A stretch of DNA of 58,848 nt, counting the filler, from Platydemus manokwari (taxonomy: Eukaryota), in the NCBI GenBank assembly GCA_037951405.1. It is 5 parts of 5 records of this genome, joined end to end, with 100 filler letters (N's around TTAATTAATTAA, not from the genome) between each part and the next. Parts side by side here need not be neighbours in the genome. Positions count along the whole stretch, not along the records: positions 37,810 to 46,860 come from JBBMOY011307095.1; positions 46,961 to 58,848 come from JBBMOY010412222.1; 3 more parts are not named here. One strand, written 5' to 3'. Under the pieces are notes generated by a model that saw only the letters and a list, made by a program, of their open reading frames with translations, searched no databases and was not told the origin of the DNA. Of the stretch, positions 37,810 through 50,100 are shown in pieces. Made by a program: the position numbers and the translations under genes. Every line of letters begins with the position of its first letter. The first letter of the stretch is position 1.

Positions 37810-39004
37810 ATTATGATTGCATATCTTAGCCTTCAATTTGAAAGAAAAGTAAATGAAAAATTGGATGGGAAATTAAATAATTTTTTGAAAAATCTTAGTT
37901 CGGTTATAAAGGATAAAAGAGAAATTAAAAATGTATCAGCAACTATTACTGATTTAAGATAAACAGTAAATGTTTATAAAAATGAAGAAAATTAAAAAAG
38001 AAACAAAATTATGAGTTTTTTAAAAAAGGGTTTTGCAAATTAAAACTGTAATTTTTAATGAAGATACACATAAAAATTAGAAAAATATGTCGAAATGACT
38101 TAAAAATTAAATCCTATGAGTTGGTTTTGTTTTTCGAAATATTACAGCAGCAAAATCAATAATATTTGAATTGGAAGCAATTTTACTTTTGGGGATAAAT
38201 TTCCAAGAAAATATAAAAAACTATATAAAAACGTTAGTGGATGAAATTTCCAAATAAAATAGTTTTCTATGTCTTGGTCAATATATTGGTGGAAAAGAGA
38301 GTTATATTGGAACAAAATATGGAACTGCATTCATGGATAATATTAATGAAAAAGAAAGAAGTTGTTTAGTTAAATGTTTTATGGCTTATATTAAAAATTG
38401 TAATTGATCTCACAAACCGAGATTATTAATTTATTAATGTAAGAAAATTTTACAAATAACTATCCGAATGCCGATGATGAAGTCAACTTTGGTATTTATT
38501 TAAATGTTGTTAAGATTATGGTATTTGAAATTTACTATAACATCAATTTATTTGTTCCTCTGGAATTTATCATATTAAATAAAATTTAATGGAAATAAAT
38601 CATGACGATAAAAAAAATTTATTTATAGAAAATTATCCTGATCTGGAATACAGAATAAAATATTAAAAATTTACCACGTGTGATAAATTTAATTGTATTT
38701 GTTGTATCTTTCCTCAAATATTTGTGATTTTGAAGAAAAACGCTACCATAATAATTTCAATAATAAAAACTTAATTTCGTCTTTTATAAAATCGCAACCA
38801 GATATTTTGAACCGTGGTCATGTCAATGTTAGCTGGTATTGTCTAATAAAATATGAATTGAAAATCAGCTAACGGATTAATCTAAACTGATAAAAAATAA
38901 TTTATTGTCGAGTACAGATGAATTTCAATGAAAATTACTATTTTAGTACCTTTGAACTGTTGTTTTAATACTCTATATACATGCATACCTACACACTCAC
39001 GTAG

Positions 39005-39179
39005 GCATGATAACCAATCAGTCAGAGATTACGCAGACAATAGATTTCAATTTGGCAGAAGACATTACTGGTCAACGGCTTATGCAAAGGGATTGATTAA
39101 TCCCAGATATGAAAAATTGATAGACCCAATTGCAGTCGTAGAAATGAAACAACAAATAAAAAACGCATACAAAATCTGA
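39005..39179 (+). CDS. Possible terminal exon of an unidentified gene
   Basis: A CACGTAG acceptor is followed by protein-like HDNQSVRDYADNRFQFGRRHYWSTAYAKGLINPRYEKLIDPIAVVEMKQQIKNAYKI* in a GC-richer island. No family recognised. Confidence 0.3.
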
Positions 39180-39503
39180 ATATAAATGGCAATGCAAAAA
39201 CATTTAGAGTGAAGCTTATTGTTTTCAGTGAGTAGCCAGTTGAATTTGATGAAAGAAAAGAAATTTGTTATATTGATTTGTTGATTTTGAATTCAGGGTG
39301 CTGAGTAGCATTACAGTGAAAAATTGAAAGTTGGGACAGCTATCTCTTTTCGATATAACTCAACAATATCGTTGTTAATATGTTTCATGTAATTCTATTT
39401 CAGAACTTTAAAGTCTTCAAAAACTATTTCTTCAAAATCTTTGACTTTTTCACATTTTTGTAACTCAGTTATTTATTATTTGTTTATATTTTATATCAAA
39501 TTT

Positions 39504-39578
39504 TCTCTCTCCATCTCTCTCTTCCTCTCTCTCTCCATATATATATATATGTGTGTGTGTAGGTGGGTGGGTGGGTGT
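39504..39578. repeat. Compound microsatellite (CT)n-(AT)n-(GT)n-(GGGT)n
   Basis: Directly visible. Confidence 0.9.
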
Positions 39579-42500
39579 AAAGGAAAAAAGAGAAAAAGTC
39601 GCTTATTTTTTCTCAGATAAAACTTCGAATCCATGCATTCTAAAAAATTCGAATCAATATGTTTATCTTAGATGCACCCTTTCAACAACGACCATGTTTT
39701 AATAAGTGATATTTTTATTTTGTTTATTTAAAGGTAAAGATCTTATTAGCTAATTATTAAAGGCTTGATTCCGTTTCGATAGCTTTACATCTAATGATAA
39801 TTTAATAAGACTATCTTCTCAGTCTGAATTGTTATTCCAATATCTGAATCAGTTCAGAAATGATTATTTTCTCCGATGATAATTTCATTGATGTGTATCA
39901 ACATATCGATATTATCAATTATTCCTGAGCTACTGAATGTAAAGGTGGTGACCTCATTCAACCATTTTTGGTCACTTCAATTCCCCGAAATGGATTTGGT
40001 GTTGTTTCGATTTATGTTACTTTTGACTTCATTCACTATATCGGATGAAGAATTGTGTGTACTATTGATTTTAAAATTTTATGAATATTTATTTTTCATA
40101 ATATTATTATTATTATTAAGAATATTATTATTATTATTATCGTTATTTTTTATAATATTAAAAAATAAATATTTAATTAAAAATACCTTTGAAATAGGTT
40201 CCTAACTGTGGTTCCATTGAACTGTTCAATTCACTGAGGTACGAACAACTTGTAATCGAGGATGGTGGTGATTCATATGAGATCTTATTCATATTTTCAG
40301 GATAATTGAGGATACTATCAATGCTTTGATAAGAAGTTTGTTGAATATTTTTCTGGGTTTCTGTCCCATCATTTTTCGATGACGTGAAATCGGCATTTTT
40401 GCATCTATTCATAGTTAATAATTGAAGTGAAAATAATCGATATAATGAATCAAAGTTCGCTCACTTGAAACATTATTAAAAAAAAACGCTTTTCAAAGAT
40501 TGTTATAAGCCATTTTATTAGTAATGCTCAATGAATTATAATGGCATTTTCATTACAGATCTATTCAAAGGCAATCAAGGTGGCTAGAATCTGTATTGAT
40601 TTAATGCTGAGAATAAGTGTTTCGATAAGTTTTCCACTATTTTCCTTCCGGAATAAAGTGATATAAATTGAATATTTGATAAATAACCCAACTTATTAAA
40701 AAAAATCAATCAATCGAGTTAAAAAGTCGGTATGAACAAATATCCGGAAAGCATCATCTTAGATTCATCTATAACTAGGAATGATTTTATTCAAATCTCA
40801 AACTCAGTTAAATCGAGACAAAATGTATATCTTTAGCTAGCTGTTCCTTTCAAAATTATAATTAAATATTTTATAAATTGTTAGCCATTTTTCACAAAAT
40901 TTTTGGTAGCGAATTTAAAAATATTTTATAAATCGATATTTAAAGTTTCTAAATATCGAAATTTATATTTATATATTGATAATAAGCTAGTACTGGCATT
41001 GCGAGGTACGCTCGTTAGTGCATAGTTGAAGTACTTCAAATCTATAAATAGAAATTGATAATAATAGATTGAGTAGAAGCGAACATCACACAAAAATATG
41101 ATTTTAGCTTCTTAGACTCCTTGTTTCGATGTTTTACATATTCATGCCTACACGACCGCACTTACATATATCCGAACGAGTTATATACAAAATTATCAAC
41201 TCATTCAACTAGTGGAACTGTAATTATTCAATGTTTGCCTCAATGATGCCGACAAATGAATTTCGTTTTTTATCGTGTGTCTTCTTTTTAAAAATACTAG
41301 GAACCTTATGATATGAGGACATCGTCTCTATTTTTGTAGAGGGTGCACAAAACTATTTATACGATACTGATTTTTTATCCGAGAATATGGAAATCTTTAT
41401 TTAAATTTATTGAGATTTGTAAAATAATTGTGTCTTCCAATCAATCGAATTTATTGTTGTCTTTATCGATTTGCTTAATTTTAGTGAAATAATTTCAGGA
41501 AATTGCTCATAATTTATTATCCTTGAACCATTCAAATATTATTGTTCAATTTAATAAACATACACTGCTTGGATTCTTGATTCTTTCGGACTCAGATTCA
41601 TATTATTTAAGTTTTGAGAAATTATTGCATAATCGTTTGACAGAACATTCTACCACTATCCGATTGATTCATCGTATTAAAAACTTAAAAATATTAAACA
41701 AAATTATTAATAATTGATAGTTAATGACGAATGAATTATCGATTATGGTGATCCTGAGCCAGTTCTATTACTGAAAAGATTTGAGTTAAAATCAGCTCAT
41801 TTCATCTTTTTTCTTGGTACTTCGCATGTAATATATTTTTAACATAAGTCCATGTTTTCCATAAATATATAAATGTTGACTTTCTATTATTGATTATTAT
41901 CTTCTTATTGTAATTAGGTTAAAAAGTTTCTAACAACAATGAACCAATAAATCCGATTAACAATCTAGATGCTTATTATTTAGTCTAAATACCAATATAA
42001 TCTGTCCACAAAAATATATCTTTCAATTAGTCCAAAGATTGAAAAAAGGGAACCCGAGATATTATTTAGATTTCAAGTTACATGATATATAAATCATAAT
42101 ATGCTCAATTCACCATCAATTTAATTTTTTCTTCTTCTATTATCTTTAATAGTCTTTATAATCGACGCTATTTTACTTCTCCTACCCAATTACTATTCGT
42201 TTGTTAATCGTCTCGATTCTGTTATCCCAGAGGAAAGTGTGCGTATTTATATCGCTCTCACTGAGCAACAATCAGAATGGAAATTTTAAAAATACTTTTT
42301 TCGATATTTAAATTATTTCTAAATCTCAACCATTATTATCACTAAATTCTATTTTTAATTACTTCTGTAGCACATCGATAAATTAAACATTAAATATCTT
42401 TCTCTCACCTCAATAACATTTTAAATTTCCTTAAGAATTCATTAATTTACTTAAAATATAAATTTCTGTAAATATGTATATTGGGAAAATAATGATTAAT

Positions 42501-44399
42501 GACAACTTTTATTCGAGCAATTAAAATATAACTCTAGGTGATTTCAAGAAGTTTTTATGGCGTAAGAATTGATTCTCGAGAACAATATATCGGATTTTTC
42601 TTTTAGATATTAAATTTAGCTTTCATACAAGATAGTTGAAAGACTTTCTTTACACAGCCCAGGAGGTAAATTTAAAAAAAACAAAATTTCAAATACCTAA
42701 CATGTAATGCGATCAATTATTGTTGTGTAAAATAGTTTCGTCAAAATGAAGATCTTATGAGAAAATATCGTCTTTATTACAAAAAATCGTTACATAACCG
42801 TACTTATATTATTCTTTGAATTTTTGCCGGAGATTTTTGTCTAAAGTTTCATGTAATTCAAAGCTTTATAAAGGTGCTAAATAGTGCTCATTGTTGACCC
42901 TTTAAAAATGTGTTAATGATCATTTTAAAAAATCTTATTTCTCAATTTTTATCTTCATCTATTATCGTATGATTCAGGTGACTCTGTATCTTGTTTTATG
43001 TGGTATTCGATAACAAGTGTTCCATTGAGAGTTTAACGATTTTGATCTACTTTCACTTCCTGATCTTCTTTTTAACATCAGAATACAAGAATTCGTTGGA
43101 GATTAATAGTTAAGACGTATCCTTTAGGCTATTGGTGGACAAAAGAAAATTATTGAGAACTAAATTTAAATTTATGGAAGATGGCAAACCTTCTTTTAAT
43201 TCGAGACTTTTGTATGACATATGTCTATAGTATTGAATTTTAAATAAAATTCTCCTATTTTCGTATTTACAGGCTAATCATGAAGTCATCTGTTTTGTGA
43301 TGCATGTATTTGAAAACTTATTTATAATTCAATGATACATTAATAAGACATGAAATCATTCTACAAAATAAATCAGGTCTTGTCAGGTCTGGCAGATTTT
43401 AATAATAAAAAAAATCGGCGATAGTGAATAAAAATTAAATTAAAAAAATATTAGTTGTTTTATCCGGTTTGGAGTAGTTTTCATGATGACACAATGTTTT
43501 ACTGATTAATTTATTTTTATAGATTTATGACTGTCTAAAAATAAATCAAGGAAATATGATATGGTATACGACAAAGTATACGATAAGCTGTAGTCCATTT
43601 TTTACATGAATTTAAATATTTTACACTAATAATCAAAGCGGATGTATATTGAATGATAAGCGTAGTTGTAAACAATGTAGAATGATTCATTAAATCCATC
43701 TATTGTTTATTATTCCGATAATCCTAATTTTCAACATCCAAGAATTATTGATGACGATATAAAGCTGTTTCTAAAACTGGTACTTTGGCATTGAAGATAT
43801 CACTGATTCCCGATATTGTGATTTCCATGTGAATTAAAAGTTGGTCATGAAATAATTTTGATCACTTCTTAGTATAAATTTGATTAGTATCGGTTCACAT
43901 TATTGTTGTTATTAATGATTATTCTTTATAATAATAATAAAAACTATTATCATTATTAATAATAATCATCATTATAATTATAATTTATTTATTATTTTGA
44001 AAAGTTCCACCGATAGATCAGATAAATCACCTTTTGTCTGCTTGTCGTTATCAAATTTGTTCGGGAATTTAAATTTTCATAATTTGCTGATTAGCGTATT
44101 CTCATTTTTCTCACTTTCACTATAATTTATTACTGGCCACGATAACTCGTTGGAATTACATTTTGGTTTCATATCTGCACATTTGTCACAATAATTAAAA
44201 TACAAAATAACGAAAAAATACTCAATTTTTGAGAGATTTTCACCTGTAAAATTGGTGGAATGAACGCAGCGCCACCTTGTCTATACATATCCACTTAGTG
44301 TGGAACTTGACATTCTTAAAGATATCAAACATAAATGCTACATATTTGAAAGGAATTATCCAATAGATACATTTTCAAATAATTAATGAAGAGAAAATT

Positions 44400-45911
44400 T
44401 ATGTTCTCACCAATTTAGTTGTCAAAAACAAAAAAGTGGAAATCTATTCAGACATTATTGATTGCGAATGAATTATCTAAAACGAATTAATCAGAAAACA
44501 AAATCAAATAAAATTAAATTAGTGATAACCCCATTACCCGAAGGTATTTTTCTAACTCATTTATTTAATAAAGTCATTTTTTTAAATTTCCAGACGATTA
44601 GCGAAAGTTTAAGACAACTATCATTCCACAACCTGGTAAAGATGGTGAGTATAAAAATATAAATAACTGGCGACCAATAGCTCTCATATCAACTTCATAT
44701 AAGATTTTTTCGTCAATTTTGACTAGAAGATTAGAGCACTGAATCAGAGATAATAACTTGCATAACAGGAATCAAAAAGGTGGTTCTAAATACGAGGGTT
44801 GTATTGAACACAACACTATTATAAGTGCTGCTTTTGAACATTCAAAATATACTCGACATTTGTCAATTTCTGTTGCTTGACTTGACATTGCAAACGCCTT
44901 TCCCACATAAATATCTATGGGGTTTGCTTCGTTTTATAGGTGTAAATGACTCTTGTGAATATTTTTGACTTAATATATTCTGATATAAGTTCATTTTATA
45001 TTTATGGATCTATTACTACATCGGACTTGTCTATTCAAAGAGGAGCCAAACAGAGCTGTCCTGTATCGATGACTCTGTTTGCTTTAGCAATTAATCCAGT
45101 ACTTGAAGCCATTGATGCATTATCAGTTCCTAATTTATCAATAGAAATTAGCTCTGTTAAGGTGTTAGCTTGTGCTGAAAATATTACTTTGATTGCAAAC
45201 AATACTCTTTATCTTCAAAAACTTATCGATAAAGCTGTTGATATAACTGAATGGTCTGGTTTACAAAATCTCCCAGACAGATGTGCTTTTATAAGTTTAC
45301 CACACGAAAACACTGATGATGTAATATCTATTAATAATATAAATTTTAAAAGATTGTTGACTAAAGAATTTTACGTGTATCTTGGTGTTCCATTTGGTAA
45401 TAAAAATGATCAATCTCTTTACGAGATTTCGAACAAACTTGTAATCGATCTTAGTAAAATTGTCAACTCTGATTTATGAAATTAACAAAAGCTAAAATCG
45501 TATATAATTGTTTTGCACTTTAGACTCGCATGTGCGTTTAGAAGTGGGGAAATCAAAATTTCTTCGGTGAAAGAGAGAAGTTGTAAGATACAAGAGTATA
45601 TGAAGTAATTGCTCCATTTGAAAAATAAGGCTATAGCTTGTTATCGTTATTCATCGATAGTAAATGGCGGTGTCGGACTTACTGGATTGATTGATGAATA
45701 TCACATACAGTGTATTGTTCCAGCATTTCGTCTTTTAAATTCTGATTGTTCACTGACAAAAAGAATTATTACTGATTCACTTCTCTTTGTTTCTTCTATA
45801 AGACTTAATATCGCAAATCCATCAATTACTGAAAGCCTGGAATGGATCAATGGTAAAAAATCCTTTCAAAATTCTGCCTCTAAAAAGATCGTTCAAAGGA
45901 AATTATCGTAG
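44400..45911 (+). mobile_element. Decayed non-LTR retrotransposon reverse transcriptase (RLE group, NeSL/Utopia/R2-like)
   Basis: Motifs in order: NWRPIALISTSYKIF, NQKG...EGCIEHN, LDIANAF, QRGAKQSCPVS, LACAEN (degenerate YADD), YVYLGVP, YSSIVNGGVGL. Several stops and frameshifts; boundaries approximate. Confidence 0.9.
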
Positions 45912-46385
45912 TCTTCAACTAAAAGTGTTCTCTGTTACCAAAAGGTAAAGAGCGCATCGATTTGATGACAACCAAAATTGGGAAGAAAAACATTTTTCTT
46001 GTAGACATGAAATATCCAATTGAAAACGTTAAAAGTCTTTGAGGTATCGGACAAAAATAATATAACTCACTATAACGATTTTACAAAAGAGTTAGCCAAA
46101 TTGAAATCAGACTTCAATGTTGAGCTTTTAACCTGCATTATAGGCTCTCTCTGCACAGTTCTGGCATTAAATGAAGCAATTTTGGCAAAAATTCGAGTGC
46201 CAAAGATAAAAATCCGAAACTTGGTTGAAGAATGTGCAATAGGAAACATTGAACACTCAACGAAAACATGGAATTTCAACTCGACCGGAGTTTTGATAGA
46301 TTCAATCTAATCTTTAAAAATTCAAACTGTTCCAACTCCAAGAGAGCCTAGATGCGTGAAAGAAGAAAGCAACATTGTAACAGGC

Positions 46386-46472
46386 CGTGCATTTACTGAG
46401 TTGATGACGTCACGAATCAAAAGGTTATAGACCCAAGCAGGTCTAAATCTATCCTAGAAAAATGAACCAAAC
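46386..46472 (+). repeat. Dispersed ~90 bp repeat, copy 2 (copy 1 at 3277-3362)
   Basis: Aligns with the copy at 3277-3362. Confidence 0.7.
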
Positions 46473-46786
46473 TTAATATATCTTATGACACAGACGGTAA
46501 TTATATATTATAAGTGTTTGGTACGTTTCCAAACTTCTCTGGCTCAAGTGTAGGAAGAACTGATAGATCAAATGCAAATACGCAAAACAGAATTTACATT
46601 GAAGAAACAGCAAGAAGAAAACACTAGACGACACTAAGAAAAGGTTGTGCAGATCTTCTTAAATAGGACGAAATTTAAAGAGAAAAAATGCACAGGAATT
46701 TGGCGAATGTAAACCTCTACTATTTTACATAGCACACTCTGAAAACTAACGTAAAAGTCAAGGCACAAAAAATTATATTTAAGCTA

Positions 46787-46860
46787 TTAGGTTGGTGCAA
46801 AAATAATGGCCTTTTTTAAATTGGCTTTTCATTTTTAAATATTAAATTGAAGATCTTATG
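46787..46860 (+). mobile_element. Mariner (cecropia-subfamily-like) terminal inverted repeat, truncated by the contig end
   Basis: TA followed by TTAGGTTGGTGCAAAAATAATGGCC closely resembles the Hsmar1/MADE1-type TIR TTAGGTTGGTGCAAAAGTAATTGCGG. Confidence 0.7.
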
Positions 46861-46960
46861 NNNNNNNNNNNNNNNNNNNNNNNNNNNNNNNNNNNNNNNN
46901 NNNNTTAATTAATTAANNNNNNNNNNNNNNNNNNNNNNNNNNNNNNNNNNNNNNNNNNNN
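46861..46960. other. Artificial contig linker
   Basis: N44-TTAATTAATTAA-N44. Confidence 0.97.
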
Positions 46961-47183
46961 GAACTAGGTTATTGAACTTTTTAGAAATGAATATTTTAGA
47001 TTGTTTTTAATATTTAATCATATTTAAATTTTTTATCTCAAATTAGACATACTTTTTATTGCTCAAAAATTCAAGGTATATGTATATTTTTGCAATAGAC
47101 TCAATTTTTAAAAAGTTATTTTAATACTTATTTTTTTAACAGTAACCAAAATTAAATTTGCATTACTTAAAAAAAACCCTTAC

Positions 47184-50100
47184 ATATTGTCGGATTGTAC
47201 CACAAGGAATATGTTGATCATTAAACATTAATTGCAATTCATATGGTCCTGGCTTTTGTGGAATATAGGACACTGTTGAATGTCCATGCCTATCATTTTC
47301 AATAGAGCAAGGGATGATATTTCCCATTGGTCCTATATTTTTAGCAGATAAGATACCATCCCCAGCATTTTGAGTATTAACAGGAATAATCACAGTCTTA
47401 CCAACTTGAACTTCGTTTCCAATTGTTCCTGTATTCAAAAAAAAGAATCATTACTTATTATTTAAAATAAAATTTTATAAATTATCAATAACTAGATAAG
47501 GGAATAATAAATTACAATTAGACCATTTTTATTAATAAAATCATTAATTGATAGGCATGAATCAAATGTGGACTTTTCTGACAGCCAGTTAATGAATAGA
47601 AAAACCAACAGAAATTTCATGATTTATAATACTCGTAGGTCTTCTTTCAGTTTCATATAACAAAATCACTTCATTAAATATTCATTAGGTGAAGTTGTTT
47701 CAAAAATATTTATGCAATTTATTTACATTTTTCCTGCCTGGATTATTAACCAATTTTCTACTCTAATTGATTTTTCCACTAAAGCATTGTTTTTATAATG
47801 TGTAACGAACTTTCAGCATCTCTTAGAGACAAAATTCTTCCAAATTGTATTCTTTAAAGTCTCTGTAGTGACTGGAAATATCACAAATATTTATTATTTT
47901 TTTATCGAAAAAATATTTTTCAGTTCTGAATCTAAACAAGTTTAACTTTTTGCTTTTTATAAAAACAATTAAAACTGCAAGAGAAAACATTTCACTCCAA
48001 CTTTTGTCACCAAAATAATCACATCTTCGAAAGAAAATTTGCATTCGCGCTTTCTATCAGTCGTTTGCACTTATTTTAGGTGGTTATACAAATATAAAAT
48101 TATTATTTGCCAGTAGAAAATTTGTTAAAAAAATTGTCAGACTATGGTCATCCTAGTTTTTATGAATAAAAGAAAAAGGAATAAATCTTTAATATCTTTT
48201 TGATTTTATAATAATTAACTTATGATTGACAAATTGTTGAAGAAATGAGATTTATTATATATGGCAATTGGAATTATATTCCACAATGCATTTTAACTAT
48301 TTCGAAAATTAGAATCAAACATTTTATTTTCAAAAAATCTTTTTAATCATGCATTATCCAGTATTTAAAAATTAGGAATTTCTAATCATAATTCTTAATA
48401 TAACCTTCAATAAAACATTGCTCTGGTTTTGCTTCAGAATAAACTGGAACTATAAATGGTGATCCAGGTACGTTTTTATCTCCATAAAGAACTTTCACGA
48501 CATAATTACCAGGGTTATCATGTTTATATTGACAAGTGAATGTTCCATCACCATGGTTATCTACGTCCAAATTTACTGATTCATTGTTTGGACCCTATTT
48601 ATATTTATTTCTTGTAATACAAATATAAAACAATTTACCAAGACCATTAATTCCAAATCACTTTCTCCAGCATCTCTGGTATTCACAGTAAATAAAGAAG
48701 GGGTTGTGTTTGCGTTCAAGTAACCTCGACATGGTCTAGCACCTTCACCTGTTACAATAACTTTTCCAGGTTCACATGAATTAAGTATGTTATGTAAAAA
48801 TGGTGATCCAGGCACATGTTTATCATTGTATTTCACTTCTATTTCACAATTTCCAACATTTTCTGGAACATAACTTACATCAAAAAGACCAGGAGTTAAT
48901 CTCGGGATTATTTGTGCAGGCGTGACTACTCTGGATACAGGGTTAACTATATTTACTTGCAATGGAGCATCTCCGGCCTTTGTTGCATCAACTGTAAATT
49001 CTGATTGTTTATTAACTCTTGAAGTATTTGGTTGAAGACCAGGTCCATAACATTTTACTTTACTACTATCAATTGGATCGTGAATGGGGACAGTGAAAGG
49101 ACTTCCTGAAAATTAAATTTAACAACACCTTTCTCATGATAGCATCTTTAATTAAAATGTGGAATTATGAAATTCTAATTTGTATCAAGATGAATATTCT
49201 CAATAATTACTCTGTAAACGAAAAAAATTTCCAAATTGTAAAATAAGGTATGCTGATAATTTATTCAAAAGTACAAAATAAAATTGAATAAAATTGCGGG
49301 ATTTTTAAGTTTTAATATTTGAGACTATTTATTCATAATTATGTACTTCAATGGCAAACTGATTAATTTATAAATCAGAATACATAATAAGTATTAAGTT
49401 ATCCATAAATCGATAAGCTGTTGAAGGCAACAATACTTAATCTTCACTATATTAATTCAAAATTTATAAATTATGATTCTTCTCTAATAGATGTTAAAGT
49501 AAATAGTGCTGTTTGGATGAAGGCTGGAACTATCGCGTGTTGCGTCTTATTGTACATTTTTCATGCCTTTTAGAATTTATAAACCTTACATTAGCGTTTC
49601 AAAATAAATCGTAATAGCTGTGGGTAAGTTAAAAATTAATAATTTGAAAATTAATTTTATTTATTTACAAAAATAAAATACTTGCATCAGAGATCACTTG
49701 CATCTTATGATCACTTCGATAGTATTTAAGTTCATTATGATTATTGTAAAATTCTTAAGTATCAAATAAGAGATTTAGTTTAACCACTGATTGAAAATTT
49801 TAATGAAAGCAAATCAATAAAATAATATTGAATTTAAAAAATTTGAAATATTGGTTGCATGTGTCTTTAAATAGATAAATAAAATTTGTACCTGGGATAT
49901 TATTTTCATTAAATTTTATAGAAATATCATACGATCCCGATTTCTGAGGAAGATATTGCACAGAGCATGTACCATCTTTATTATCAAAGCACTGTATTTG
50001 AGCATCAGCTGGGCCTTCGATTGATAAACCTAGACCTCCTTGACCTGCTCCCTCAAGATCAACGGTAAAATGTTGAAGTTGTTTCGTAATCCCTCCTTCA

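Noticed and set aside
40985-41020. Possible Helitron-like hairpin next to CTAG (similar short GC stems at ~27702 and ~26275)
   Set aside because: The stems are short and imperfect, with no matching opposite terminus.
39860-41760. Minus-strand coding-like stretches, including ORF 40173-40412
   Set aside because: I could not build a phase-consistent, stop-free gene model or recognise a domain.
44240-46500. Self-cleaving ribozyme or SL/U2 RNA target around the retrotransposon
   Set aside because: I could not identify a hammerhead core with pairing stems, an HDV fold or snRNA sequence by eye. A covariance-model scan would be needed to exclude them.
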